Made by a program: the position numbers and the translations under genes | Shown here: positions 34,760-48,158 of the stretch, piece after piece | How positions within the stretch are numbered: the stretch's first letter is position 1 | How the letters are laid out: every line of letters begins with the position of its first letter | DNA from: Moniliella sp. 'wahieum' | Taxonomy: Eukaryota | DNA length: 57,970 nt | Direction: 5' to 3' | Assembly: GCA_003971905.1 (NCBI GenBank) | Contig: RSEE01000118.1 | Span: 124,001 to 181,970 of the forward strand | The notes under the pieces: model-generated | Told to the model about the DNA's origin: nothing | Database searches by the model: none | Seen by the model: only the letters and a program-made list of their open reading frames with translations

Positions 34760-35639
34760 TAAGGAAACTGCGCCAGCTGGCTGAGTTGGAGGACGAGCAA
34801 CTGGTCAGAATAGCGGAACGCCAATGCAGGGGCGTACAAGAGAGGGATATGCTGCGTGTGCTACTACATCGGCAGTACCAAGAAAGTTCTTATCGATGTC
34901 CAAAGGCCGGTACCAGCGAGCGCGCAGCGGCGAGCGATGGGGGGAGTGAACGGTGAACGTTGAGCATTGCAACCACAAGCCACACCGCCGAATAGGCTCA
35001 GCCGCCCTCCGCCTCAGCCGCCCCGCCACACTGCCCTCCTGCCGCCGGCCTCATCGCCTCGGGTTGCGTACTACGCTCCCTCTGCGCCACCCTTGTCTGC
35101 CACCCTGTCTGCACCCTGTCTGCCACCCTATCTGCCCGCAGGACACTGCCTCCACCAGCCATACTCGCCGCCACCAAACTCCGATATCATCCTCCTCCCT
35201 CTCCCCTCCACGTCTCCCCTCCTCCATCGCTCCACCACCCCACCACCCCACCACCGCTCCTCCCGCAGACCGGATGTCAACGGCGCACGCCTCTTCCATG
35301 CCCTCCCGCCGCCGTCCCTCTGAACCGAGAGGACCTCAGCGTCCTCCTTCACAGCGCCAGCGCACCCGACCCCCTTCTGCGCCAATCCGCGTATGCCCGC
35401 CTGGCTGCTGGGCACCGGCCCCAGCCTGCGTACCGGCCGCTGTTCCCCTGCCTCCTCCCCATCGCCCTGACGCTAGCCAGCGAGCCTACGGAACAGTGGG
35501 GACAACCGTTGCGTCGCCCCTTAGTCTTCCTTCTGCCCCGACCCACACTGTTTCGCCTCTTGTTGCCGCGGCGGATGATCCAAGTCGTGCCGAGGCACCC
35601 CTCCCTGCTACTACAGCTCAGCCACTCGTCTCGTCTTGA
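34760..35639 (+). CDS. Possible hypothetical Pro-rich protein
   Basis: Helical-looking fragment LRKLRQLAELEDEQLVRIAER...RDMLRVLLHR followed by Pro-rich ORFs. No family recognised. Confidence 0.2.
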
Positions 35640-37108
35640 CACTTGAAGCTGAAGCCTGATCCGCGGCACATACCGTCACCGCTTCAGTGCTCGTCTTACC
35701 TTTCACCTCGTCTTAACCTTTCACACGATGGCTTGCTGTATGCCGCCCTGAGTGCCGACAGGTTGCTCTTTGTTCTCCCTTGCCCTCTTCATTCCCGGCC
35801 GCACCACCTTTTGGCATAAACCCTTCCGCCCCACCGCTCTTACATATGAAGTTGCGGACACACGACTTGCATGATCCCCTGTCTTTTTCGCTTCTTTGCC
35901 CATTCGCGCAAAACGCCACCCTCCTACTTCGGTGGCATATGGGCATGCGAGCCACATTCTGTCTTCACTTGACTCCAACTCCCGTTCCTCATTCGCAACT
36001 GTTTCAAACCGCCACGACTGCACCTGGTTAGCGTGAGGTAATTAGGTAGGATGGCTCATCCGACTTCGGTTTCTTCAGGGTCCTTTGATTTAAACCCCAC
36101 CAAGCTCATGCTATTTTCAGCTCCCATGTGCTCGCTTTTCACTTTTCTCAAAAGCGGTGGGTATATCCTCTGTGGAGTAGACCAGCTCCCTAGTAAGATT
36201 GAAGCACCATGTGTCCTTTGGCGTCCTCAATCATGATCATAGACGCCCTCTCGATTCGAGACTTGCTGGTACCAGCTGGTGTAACCTATACAATTCTGTC
36301 ACTGGATGCCAATAGCTAATCGAAAATGCCGGTAACAAGGTTCCGGATAGATATGTGAGGACTGCGTACGAAATTCAAGGTGGGCAAGGCCCACAAGATT
36401 GTGCACCAGAAATTTCGATGAGCCATGTGCCAGCAGATGTCTCTTGGAAACTTTTGCTCTCCCTTCTGATCAATCTGGACCCTGTGGCGTGGTGCTGGTG
36501 ACTCTGGAGCTGTTGCCACGATGACCGTCTTGCCTGATTAATATAGATGCGAACGCTCGATCCTCTGGAGGGGCGGCGTCCATGCCAGCAGTCCAAGTAC
36601 AGTACTTATAACCCCCTGTCCCACTCTATTTTGTGTCCTGTTGCCTTTTCCCAACAACTCCACCCCTTCCCTTTCCCTCTCCCTTTTGCCTCGTGACTTG
36701 ATTAGTATCATTAACTGTCGATTTGAGTTCGCTTGGGCAATCCCTCTCTCTTGAGCATCCCAATGGATATGATTGGGTACCTCGACGTTGCCTTCCATCA
36801 GCGGCTTCAAGCCCCATGACGCCAAACCAGCTAGCATGGTGTAAGTTGAGTATATACGTCCAACAGCTACCATCCACAAGGCGGTCTTGGTGGCTCGGTG
36901 GCCCCCTCAGCTGTGGAACTCGCCTGGGCAGATTAAATATTCATCGATCATCGCCTGCCACTTTGCAGCGACCGGAGCTGTTTTCCTATCCATTCCGCTT
37001 CCGGCATTCCGCTCGCACCTCGACATTGAAGTTCAATATTCAATTGCATGCTCAATGCCCAACATCAACATCGACATCCACCGGCCTTTTCCCTCCACCG
37101 TCGCCGCC

Positions 37109-40100
37109 ATGTTTGGACGCCAACCCGCCATGCCGTCTGGCCGGCGCGGCGCCGCCGCCCGCAGCCACCATGGCCAGTCCCGTCTGTTTGCTGCCGCCGC
37201 CTCCCCGTCCGGCGCGGCGTCCCCAGGGCCCCGGCTCGGCAGGAGCGCGCCCTCGCATCCCCCGCTCTCCTGACCCTTCCCGCCGCCGTCCCACCAGTGG
37301 GCTCCTCCGCGCCCGCACACCTCTGGCTGATGCGACGCCCCGCTCCATTGCGCCCTTACAAGCTGGTCAGCCCCTCGACCGGGACGACGTCCAGGCCGTT
37401 TCGTCGTCTGCGCGTTGCCGCCTGAAGCAAGCGATGCACTGCGGCAAGCCGGTATGTTTTTTTTTTTGCGTGGTGGCATGTCTGTCTGTCCATCCACTAA
37501 CCCCACGACTCCGTTGGAACAGATGTGTACGCGATGGCCTACGCGACTGCGCTGGATCCTCTCGGATGGGCGTACGTTGCGATCCACGAGCGCGTGTACG
37601 TCTGGGACTGGCACGTAGCCGCTGGCACGTCCGTCGCGCCCAGTTGCTTCTTCCAGCGCCCCACCCACGTCGCCCACGCGACCAGAGCCCCAGCCTTGCT
37701 TCTACACACTTCCTCCCCTGGTCGACCCACACTTCCGAGCCCGGCCTGGTGGCGATCGGCCGTGTATCGGGCGACGTTTTCCTGGCCGAGTCGGTCACCG
37801 CCGGCGCAGGCTGGGCCGCAGGCTTAATGGAGGATACACCGGAAGAGAAAGGCTCGCTCCCGCGTGCCCAGATTCAGCTTGCCTCGGGAGAGACTGTGAC
37901 GGCGGTGCAGCGCATTGGGTCTACCAACCTTATGGCTGCAACGTCGCAGGGGCGCCTCTTCCGTCTGCGCTTACCTCCAAGGTGCTCGCGTGCATCTTTC
38001 AGTTATCCCCGTCACGGCTCCCCGCAGCGGCTTCTTTGGTCGTCTTCTGGGCTTGGGCGAAAACGTGGGCCCTATCCACCAATCGCTTGATTACATTGGC
38101 ACCCTCGACCTCCACCACGAAGAAGAGCAAACCTACCTTGTGGCTAGTGGTCGCCGCACCGCCCAAGTCTGGAGCATTGATCCGGGCCAGGGCGCAGTTC
38201 CCGACCAAGCAGTGAGCACGATCAACACGGCCTCCTATGCGTCTGCCTTGGTTGAAGCAATGGGGGTACCCCATCCTCCTTCTCGGAGGATGGATTGGAA
38301 ATTACCTCGTCCGCCTTCCTTCCCACTGGCCAGGTGGCGCTCTACACGTATGCCCCCACCCAGAGCCGGTTCCGAACTCAGGCGCTCAGCACACGCAAGT
38401 TGGCCGTCTGCGTGCTTCCTCTTCAGGGCACTCAGGAGGACCAAGTGGATATCTATCCCATCCGAGAGATGGAACTGGATGTGGATGCTCGGACGCAGTC
38501 TACTCCTCGTCTCGTTGCTGCCGGTGGCCCAGTGGTAGCCGTCGTGACGCCCAACGCGGTGGTGCAATTGGTTCTTGATGCTCCTGCTGAGCCGACAGGC
38601 TCAGTTCACACGACGGCCTATCAGCACATCACGGAGCTTCAGAGCGTCAAGCAGAACCGGATCGTTGGCTTCGGCCCAGGTCCTAGAACGGAAGAGAGAG
38701 TGAGCAACCTGCTGCTCCTTACCGCTCGAACGGGCGCGTTGGTGTTGGAAGTCAACTGGCCCGAGGCACGGGAGGTGACTCCTCGTTTGTCGCACGCGCG
38801 TAGCAAGCGACAAGAATTGCTCGTTCGGAATGGGCAGCGTGCCCTCGAGTCTGCCGTCTTCTTTGCTGATGTGCCCGGGCAACCGCTCGACTTGCGTCTG
38901 CACATTTCTCCAGGCGGGAACATTGCCCCGCTTGCAACGGCGGCCGAGACGGTGAGCCGAGAGATTACTCTCGGCACGGCCGCCCTTCTTCCGGCTCTGG
39001 TCGATGTGCAGCAGCACCTCTCCGATCGCTCCACACGCCTGCGCAGCTTGATCACTGTGCTGGCTGAGGCGGGCGTGGCAGCGGAACTGCCGCTGGCCAC
39101 ACGTCAACAGCTTGCGGCCGATGCGCAGCTGGTCCAGTCGGCGGAGGCTGTATGGAAAGAGAATTTTGCGTTTTCTCTCTCGTCCCGGTTGCCGCAGATG
39201 CTGGTCCGGGCAATTGACCGAGCCATGCTCTCCTCTTCGGCGTCTACCTTCTCCTCCGACGAGGCACAGGACACCCTTCGCACGTTCTTCCGCACCGGCC
39301 TAGGAAGATGGGACAAACTGCTGTCTCAGCTGCACCAAGGCCTGATTGATGCCCGCCTGGCTACGGCGGATCTGGCGACTCGCACTCGTGCTGTGCTCGA
39401 GGTTGACTCTTTCCTGATCCCGGCCCATCAAGCAGCTGAAGCAGTGCAGACGGCGAAGGACGCGGTGCACACGGCGTATGCGCTCGACGGCCCCCTGGCT
39501 CGCGCTCCTTGGACAGCAAGCGAAGCGGATCTCGATCTGCTCGAAACGGCCTATTCGATGAGTGTGTCTCTGATCCGAGAGCGGTCGGCGACGCTGGGCT
39601 CGTTGGTGGATGTTTCGCAGCCGGTGGCGCGGATGGACGGGTACGGAGGGTCGGAGCATGCGTTGCAAGCGGCCCTTCGAAACTACCTCCCGCACCTGGC
39701 CTCAGCCGCATTGACGAGCTACGTAGCTGCGCTGGACTATGCCAAGGGCAAGACGCGCGCCAAGGCCTTGACCAGCCGCTTTGACCAGGCCAAACACCCT
39801 ATCCTTCTCCCCCTTGCCGACTAGGGATGAGTGACGAGGCTCTGCAGCTGGCTGAGAAGGTGCGAGACTACGATGCGCTGGCCATCATTATCCTCTCGCT
39901 CCGGGGGGGAAAAGAAGGCCATGCCCTGCCCAAGCTCGCCCCGCACTTCCTCGACCGATACGGCGCACCCTTTGCCGATGCGTTGTACCGCCGCCTCTTG
40001 GCTGGGGGGAGTACCGCACCCTCCTTGCACCCGAGGGCAGGCTGACAGCCGAGCAGGTGGCTCGTCACGCGGCCTTGCTCCGTCAGTTCCTGCATCCAAC

Positions 40101-41146
40101 CAAAGTGGTTGTCCACGATTCAGCTCCGGGCCATCGGCCGACCAGGCGGCACGACTGCGCTGGTTGGTGGAGGTGGGTGCACAGGAACCCATGGCAGCGA
40201 GCCAGACGCTGGTCAGCCTCGCCGCGCACGAACCCGTGGCGGAGAAAAAGCGACTCGAGCTGAGCATGAGCAAACTCGCTCTTCTTGCCCACCAAGGCGA
40301 CGAGGCAGGGCAAGGGGACCAGGAGGCGATTGATGCTCAACTGACCGAGTTGCACTCCCAACGGCACCTTGCCTCTCTCATTCGGTCCACCCTTGGCGAC
40401 GAGGTGGAACTCGCTTTGGACCAGGTGGGCGCAGTGGACCAGTTTGTCGCTGTGGCGGCCAGCCGGCTGGACGGGTACCCTGCTCTGCGCCAGTACGCTG
40501 TGCAGTGCATCGGCATGGTTCGGGAAGGCGCCACGCTGCCTGCGGAGGATCTGGTGGATACCTGGAGTCTGCTCGATGCGCCGGCGGGCGAAGGCGAGCC
40601 ACCGCACACCCAGGCGCTGCAGGTGTACCTGGCGGTGCGGCACTCGTTGCCGCCCGCGCGGGCGATGCGTTGCTGGCCTCGTTCTGGCGCCGCGTGTTGC
40701 TCAGTACCGATTGGGGCCAACTCGCCGCCACGCGGGGTCTAAGCGAAGGAGAAACGCGGGCGCGAGTGCGGCAGACCAGCCTGTACCGTGTGCTTCGCTC
40801 CATCGAATGGGGCGAGCAGACCATCTCGGCGCAGTTTGCTGAAGCGCTCAGTTTGCCCTCGGAAGAAGTGATGCAGGCGCGCGGGCAAGGACCCGAGGTG
40901 AGAGAGGACCTGCAGCGCGAGGTGGATACACTCTATGCCTCCTTGGCCCAGACGTTACCGGAAGAGGTGGTGCGGGCGGCGCGCTCACTCTCCCAGAGCG
41001 GGCCGAGGCGTTGCTCTGGGCGTGGCCAACCAGGTCCGCCGCTTGGTCTTGGAAGAGCAGGCGGGCCGGGGCTGGCGATTGGGTGGGGCGAAAGCGGAGC
41101 ACCGCTGGCAGAGGCGATGGACGAAACGCAAGAGGACGCCTACTAA
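37109..41146 (+). CDS. NUP133: Nucleoporin Nup133 (intron 37452-37522; multiple frameshifts)
   Basis: Propeller motifs GWAYVAIHERVYVWDW, EPGLVAIGRVSGDVF and AATSQGRLFRL; LESAVFF..VPGQPLD; helical region EALQLAEKVRDYDAL, LRWL and LSMSKLALLA; about 1300 codons in total. Confidence 0.8.
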
Positions 41147-41300
41147 AAACGGCAACCTGGGTCTAGCAGTAAAAGAATCCATTTGACAAGTGGTGGTAGG
41201 AAAAGGGTATGCGCTTTGGTAGATCGGGAAGGACCTCTGGCTGGCAGGGTCAGCTCGGCCCCCTCAGGGGCCCTCGCACCGTAGGACCGTAGGCCTCAGG

Positions 41301-42370
41301 TCAGGACATGTTGCGTAGGGAACCGCAATTGGCTGCCGGGAAGCTATGCGTCGGGGGGACGCTGCTGCAGCTGCGGGGGAGGGGTGACTGAGGCTGGGGC
41401 TGGGGCTGGGGAAGGGGGTAAAGGTGGGGCACAAACAATGTGGTGGTAGGTCGGGCGACGCTGGCCAAGCGCAGCGCGCCCATTAGGCCTGCCCACAGAT
41501 GGCGTGTTGGGGCAGGCTGGATCCGTTCGACCGAGTGGACACGGATCTGGCCTGTAGACCGGTCAAAGGTGTACTTGAACACGACCGTGTACTCGTGGGG
41601 GTGCGCATCAGACGGATCTGACCCAGCAGACGCAGACGCACCACCAACTGATCCCCTTCTTCCGACCCTTGCAGCTTCATCCCATCCAGCACCACCTCGG
41701 GCCGGACAAAGAGCATGCAGCGCCGTCTTGAGCACCTGGCCCGAGGCCAGGTACAGCGCTCTTCAGAGAAGTGGATCGGAGTTGGGGGACATTGGGGCGG
41801 GAGGAACGCAGAGCATTGGCCACTGCCTCGTCGGAGCCCAGGGGGGGGCGGAGGACGAACTGGATGGAAGGGTGGTAGATGCTGTCGTCAGGGGCAGAGG
41901 GGGTGAGGGGGGCCAAAATGCCATCGGTAAGGTGGGGGAGGTGGGGAACCCATTTGGATGGGGTAGAGGGGGGGCTGGAGCTGGAGCTGGAGGCCTGGTC
42001 GGGGTGGTGGTGGAGGTCGGGGTAGTCCACCAGCCCTACTTCCAGGAAGGACGGGAGGCTTTTTTCCAGCACCTCGCGGCTCGCCCGATGCGCAGCCAGT
42101 ACTCGTGCGGCGGAAGCGGGGATGGGGACCGAGGCGGGGTGGTGGACAAGGCGCGCACGAGGGGAGGGAGACGCAGGCCGCAGCGCCGGGCAGCCGTCAC
42201 GGCAGGCAGCATGGCGGGAACGATGGCGGTGACGGGTGGGTGATGGGGCTACGGCGATGGCGGAGAGAGGCCTCAGCGTCAAAATCGTTGGTTCTTCGGA
42301 TAGCCGGTACTTGCACCGATTAAGCGCAGCCCGTGGTGCTGTTGGAGCAACTAGTAATCCTGAGCTTCAT
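41301..42370 (-). CDS. Conserved hypothetical protein, possibly DUF2358/C6orf136-like (frameshifted)
   Basis: LEKSLPSFLEVGLV, SIYHPSIQF and FKYTFDRSTGQIRVHSVERIQPAP resemble this family as I recall it. Start uncertain. Confidence 0.5.
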
Positions 42371-42561
42371 CCTACGTGCATGTGAGAATACAAACACCTG
42401 TCTGTGGAATGGCCAACAATGGGATGGGGATGCATGGGATTGAAGCGGACAAGATGGTTGGTCATCCATACTAGACAGGCGGGGTATGTGCATGCGTGTT
42501 GAAGGCACAACGTAAATACGAGAGGAAAACTACTACTAATACTGCGACGGGTACTGCGACG

Positions 42562-44613
42562 CTACTTGCTGCTCACCATGCTCAGGCGCGCCACCCGCGC
42601 CTCCACCGTCTTGGCCTTCGAGTCGACCCGGCGGCCCTGGACATACACCGAGCAGATGGCGCGGTCGTCACCGCAGAACAGGAACCGTTCCACCAGCTCG
42701 TCCAGGTCGTCTTCGTGCGGGTGGGCCCAGAGTCCGTTGGTGCGTGGGTGACCGGCGCCGTGGCCGGCATGCGCATGCAAGTCTTCGTCGGGGGGCGTGG
42801 CAACCGTGTCGGGTGAGAAGGGAGAGGTGAAATGAAGCGCATCCTCCTCGCCGTAATCGTAAGGGTCGTCCATGTGGATGTGAAGCGCATCAAACGCCTT
42901 GCCCACCTCCAACGACCCAATCTTCTCCTCCAACGAGGCCACCTGGGCTGAGCCCAATGTGGCAAGGAAGAAGAGGGTGGCAATTGGGAGAGGTCCCTTG
43001 GTAAAGTCATGCGTCCCTTCATCCACGCACGCTTTGAGGCGGTCGAAAGGTTCAGGATCCCGACTGCTTCGGTCTTGTCGGTCGCACCTTGTGCCTGACC
43101 TTCGTCCGAGGTGGCATACACTGAGGGCAAGGTCAACGCCTTGGCGGTTGTTGCTGCATCCCGGATAGCCGAGAGCGAGATACCGTACCCCCCCGACACG
43201 TCCGTCCCGAGCCCAACTTTGATTCCACGGTTGAGCATCTCTCCCACCCGGGCATACCCAGAGCGAATGTTCATGTTGCTGGTGGGGCAGTGGGAGACGC
43301 CACATCCTCTTGTGGCAATCAATTGCATCTCCGTCTCGTCCAGGTGAACTGCATGGGCAAGGACGGTACGTGGAGTAAGGATACCAAAGTGGTCGTAGAT
43401 CCCCACATAGGTGTCTCCAGCATGCGGGAAGAGCTGCTTGGTAAACGCAATTTCTCCGGCATTTTCCGACGTGTGGGTCTGGATGCGCAGCGTGGGGTCG
43501 GTCTTTACCTCGTCGCCCACGCCTGGAGCAGCTCCGAGGTGCAGGAGATGGCAAAGCGCGGTGTGAGGATCGGTTGAACCAAAGCTGAGGGGAGTGGGTC
43601 TTTGAGCACAGGCAAGCCCTTGGCCACCCGCTCGGCAGCAGCTAGTTGGCGACAGTACTCGACAAACGCGCGCGTGTCGCGCATGCTCGCCTCCACCGAC
43701 TCTTCGCGGTAAAAGTCGGGTGAGTTGGCGTTCATTTGGCACTTGCCCACCAAGGCCCGCTGACCTTTCAAGGTACACGTTTCAGCCAGCACCTTGGTAG
43801 CTTCCAGATGCAAGGAAGCATAGTAGCATGCCGTCGTTGTACCCGCATCCAGAACGCGCTGCACAACCGATGCATACGCCCGCTGAGCATACGCCACGTC
43901 GGCATACTTGGCTTCCCGGGGGAAGGTGACGTTCTGAAGCCAATCGAGCAGTTCGTACTGCTGTCCCAAGCCTAGGTTGGGCACTTGGCACGCGTGCTAT
44001 TTCGGCCGCGTCAGTTTACCAACCAACACCATACAGTTACACGGGAAAGGGGACAGGGGGAAGGGAGAGGGCAACATACGGTGTGAGTGTCCACCATGCC
44101 TGGCATCAGAAAGTCTCCATGACCAAGGTAGATGAGGTCGTAGGAAGTGGGGTCCCATCCATAGACGCGGCCCGCTCGCAGCCAGTTCGGTAGCTGTAAG
44201 AGGCGAGTGACGGATACGGAAAGAGGCATCGTAGGAGGTACCGAGGGAGCCAATCGGGCTGCTGGCTTCGGGACTGAGGGGCGTGAGAGACATGCTGAGC
44301 AGTCCGTCGGCGCCCGTGCCAAGCGAGGCGAGTCCTTGACGCGCTCACCGACATCGTCCTTGAAAGCAATGGTGCCGTGCTCATCGACACCGAGCACGGC
44401 ATGCTCGATGAGCTCCAGCTCAAGCGCTGACTTGGACGAAGCAAGGGCGCCAAAAAAGACCTTGCGGCGGCGGGGCACCTGGGCCAGAGCACCCAGCGAG
44501 TGGGGGCTGCCGGCGCTGAAGGAGGGGCGGGGCGGGGCAGGGACGGATGTGGGCGGGAAGGGTGGATGGCGATCGCGGGGGCGCGGGCCGGCGGTGAGCG
44601 GGATGGGCACCAT
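42562..44613 (-). CDS. GUD1: Guanine deaminase (intron 43997-44079; frameshifted)
   Basis: PGMVDTHT|HACQ, LLDWLQNVTFPRE, GTTTACYYASLH, GQRALVGK, TPRFAISCT, QTHTSEN, LAHAVHL, SHCPTSN, GLGTDVSGG, GSLEVGKAFDAL, GDDRAI..VYVQG. Confidence 0.95.
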
Positions 44614-45656
44614 GGGAGGAGGGGGAGGCAGCAGGCGAAGAAAGAGGCGGCCCAGAAATCTCGCTGTCTTTTATCCGGCAGGGGGCCGTGTTGGTGCCGG
44701 GGCAACAACGGGCATCGAGAATCGACTATCGGTGCCTGCTATCAATATCGGCGCGCTGTATCAGCTGCTGAAGCGCGGCATGGCGGCACGGAGGCACTGT
44801 TGCGTCCGTCCAACGCGTTTAGTGCTCAGCCGCTCAACGTCATCACACGTCACCCATCCACAATCATGCACCGGCCTGCCTCCCATCGCAAATACGCTCG
44901 GGCCGAACCGCCGAGAGTGCGCAGCAGTGCTGCGCTGTGCTGCGCGGCGCCGATCGCAGCCGCCGCCCGCACGGGGGCTGTCGGGCGGTATCAGCCACCG
45001 GACGCACTGTGTCTGAGGGCAACGGGCGCATGCATGGCCTCCATACTAGTACTAGTACTTAGTACTTATCAGCTCGCCGCCCTTTCGTCCGCCGGGGAGT
45101 GCGGAGCCATTCCGGCTCTGCCTCCTCCCCACCACCTCCCCCGGCCCGTCTTCCCTGCCTCCGCCTTGCGCCCGTCCCCATGCGCATCGCCCCATCCATC
45201 GCACCAGTGCCATGCCCCACAGCCCGATGCGCCCCTGTCCACCAGCCGCTCTCGATTGGTGCGCGTTTCCCGATTACCCCACGGGGCGATGGGCTGCGAT
45301 CGGGCTGCGCGGCGCCTGCCAACTCAACCCCCTCGCCACATCCACTGCGTCGAGCCAGTGTTGTTATGTCGTACCTTAGTCAGAACCCGCGTGCTCCGTC
45401 GCTTCGTTGCTCCTGTGGGGCACTTCCATCTGTCCTGCAGCCTTGGCGCCGGTACAATGAACAACGCTAGGACCATTCATTAATCATTGGGCCGTAGGCT
45501 GCGAGTCGCGCTGGGGGGGCTGTGCTACCTACGTCGCATCTTTGGCAGCAGTCTCTGCGGCAGTCTTCGCTGCCTACCTCCTCACACACGTTGTGACACT
45601 CTAGGAACTCATCCCGTTCTTTCCGTCTTGGCCAGATGCCGCCGCGGGTATACTTT

Positions 45657-46818
45657 TTACACCTTGACACTCCAGCCCGGGTGGGACTGTGTACCACGTT
45701 GGCGCTCCGACAGCTCCTTGAGCAGCACTCGAGCAAACTCGCCCTGGCCGTCCTCCCCAATCGGCACACCGATCGACTCGCCCTTCCAGCCAATCTCCTC
45801 CACCGGCGAGATGATGGCTGCGGTACCGGCGCCAAACGCCTCGGCTAGCCGACCTTGCTGTGCCGCGGTGCGCACCTCATCAAACAAGATTTTGCGCTCG
45901 CTCACCTTGATCTTCGCGGGCGCAGGCAGGCCCGGGAGAACGACTTGGCCACTTACATGTTCCCGCAGCAGGGCTAGGATCGAGTCCCGTGTCACACCCG
46001 GGAGGATGTAGCCATCCTCCAGCGGCGCGGTAGCCACTTCGTACGTTCCGTCCGGCAAGGTGAATACCAAGAAAAAGTTCATGGCACCCACCTCGGTCAC
46101 TTCGCCTTTGAAGATCCAAAGGATCTGGTCATAGCCCTGCTTGTTGGCTTCTTCGTCGGGGACAAAGGTGGGGCCGTAGTTGGCCCCCAACTTGAACGAC
46201 CCCGTCCCATTGGTCCAGGCACGAGCAATGTCGTCCCTGGCCAGGAGCCGGACGCCGCGCGGCTTGCCGTTTTTGGTGGGCGCAAAGTAAGAGCCACCAA
46301 CGGGGGAAGTGATGACAAACCATTTGGCATGACTAGGTGTGTGAACTGCCAAGCTGGCGGTGGTGCCAATCAAGGTGGGGCGGACGTAGAGCGCACCGCC
46401 CTTGATAGGAGGTACCCACTCTGATCGATCTTGATCAGCTGGCGAATCAGTTGATGGCCTCGGCACTGTCAAACGTCGGCAGGCCCAGGCGGGTGGCCGA
46501 GCGGTTCATCCGGGCCATGTTCATGTCCGGGCGGAAGAGGAGGACATCTCCCGCGTCGGACTTGTAGGCCTTCATACCCTCGAACAGACCCGAGGCATAA
46601 TGCAACGTCGGCGCAGCAGGCGACACGGCCAAGTTCCCGTACGGCACAATCTCGGGTACACCCCACCCCGTCGAGGCATCCCAGTCGACCACCAGCATGT
46701 GCGGGGCAAAGGTGGTGCCAAACTTGTACTTGGCAAATTCAGGCTGCACCCCTTCGAACGCTTTGTTGGGCGTCACCTTCAGTTTCGACGCATCGAGCGG
46801 GGCTGGCGAAGCGGACAT
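45657..46818 (-). CDS. BAT1: Branched-chain amino acid aminotransferase (BAT1/BAT2 family; one frameshift near 46450)
   Basis: FGTTFAPHML, LHYASGLFEGMKAY, LFRPDMNMARMNRSA, LYVRPTLIGT, FKLGANYGP (PLP lysine), TEVGAMNFF, ILPGVTRDSIL, EAFGAGTAAII. Confidence 0.95.
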
Positions 46819-48158
46819 GGTTGGTGGCGGTGGCAGTGGAAGCGGCGATGGAGGCAGCGGGGAGGGTGGCTGAGATCTCGATGAGGGCAGAGGACAGCGA
46901 TGGGGGTGGCGGAGATGAAGGGCAAGATGGGAGCACTGAGCTTAGTAATAGTAGCGAGGAGGCGCTGCTCCTTGAGACGGCGAGAGGAACAATGAGAGCG
47001 AGCGCTCCAAGGTTGCGCTGGAAATTCGGGCCGAGCAGAGGGATGTCCTGGCACTGCTGCCCCCTACCTGCGCTTGGCCATACTCCGACGTCCTCGCTCC
47101 CGCGGCAAAAAGCAATCCGCCAGCCGGTAGCTCCGAGTCACGGGCATAGACCATCAGCCATCCCCCAACGGTACGGGAGCGGTGAACCCGATCAAGCTTG
47201 AAGCTTGAAGCTCTTGAAGGCAGGCCAGGGCGAGTAGCTGAGACTGAGTACTGAGTTGCTGAATGGACATGGCAATTCCTAGTAGTAGGTACCTTGCTTG
47301 GCATAGCTGTCCCGTGGCTGCGATAAAATTTGGTGCATATGCCGATTGTCAAGTATCAATTGTCCTTAGTAGGCCGACGCCTTTGGGGCGCTTAGGCCTT
47401 ATCGATGTCCTTATCCTTCGCCTGTTGTGCTTTATTGATCTCGGGGAGTCATCGAGTCATCGGTCGCGGGAATTATAGCAAAGCGAGGCGGGGTTCCCGC
47501 TTCCCGGCTACCAAGGAACCACATCACAAGTGTGGGGCTCGATCAGGATATGAATGACTCATGCGCAGCACCAACAACAATATGACAGTGTCCATCAACG
47601 GAGAAAAGGGGAAAGAGGGAGAATGGGGAGAGAGGACGGTCAATATTTAATGCGTCCTCTCTCGTGCAATGAGAAATGTATGACAACGACACTGTTTCGC
47701 CTTGCACGGAGAAGACCAAATTCCCTCCCCCAGTGACCCTTTTGACCGTGGTGTGGGCCCGCGGAATTGTCCAGGCAGTGTGGCTGGTGGCAGTGGCTCG
47801 GTGGACGTTCTATAGGATAGCCGTCGAAACGGGCGACGGCCAAGGGTCTGCTGAAGCTTGAAGCATAAGTGCATAACGACAGGGACCAGTCGCCTAGGGG
47901 CAAAGGGGGAGCTTCTACTTGATGATGTTTATGAAAATGCCGGTTGTAGATCCTAGATCTCTCGCGTGCGCTGACCTGAGGGTGTTAGCTGAGTTCAAAC
48001 TACTGGCCACACAGCCCGCCGAGAAGTGTTGTCTTCCTCGCGTTTGACTTTGGTAAAACTACTACGACTGCTCCTATGAATATACGAGTGTGATCTCACT
48101 CCGTCTCAGACCAGTATGGTAGTAGTACTGACCCAATCGCATCTCCTGGCCTCTTTCT

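Noticed and set aside
35640..36900. Possible gene or mobile-element relic in the AT-richer spacer before NUP133
   Set aside because: Only short unrecognisable ORFs, with no terminal repeats or domain motifs visible.
39822..39824. In-frame TAG in NUP133 suggesting readthrough or a split gene
   Set aside because: The downstream coding sequence is in a different frame, and restoring one base gives a continuous ...LADLGMSDEA, so it is an indel error.
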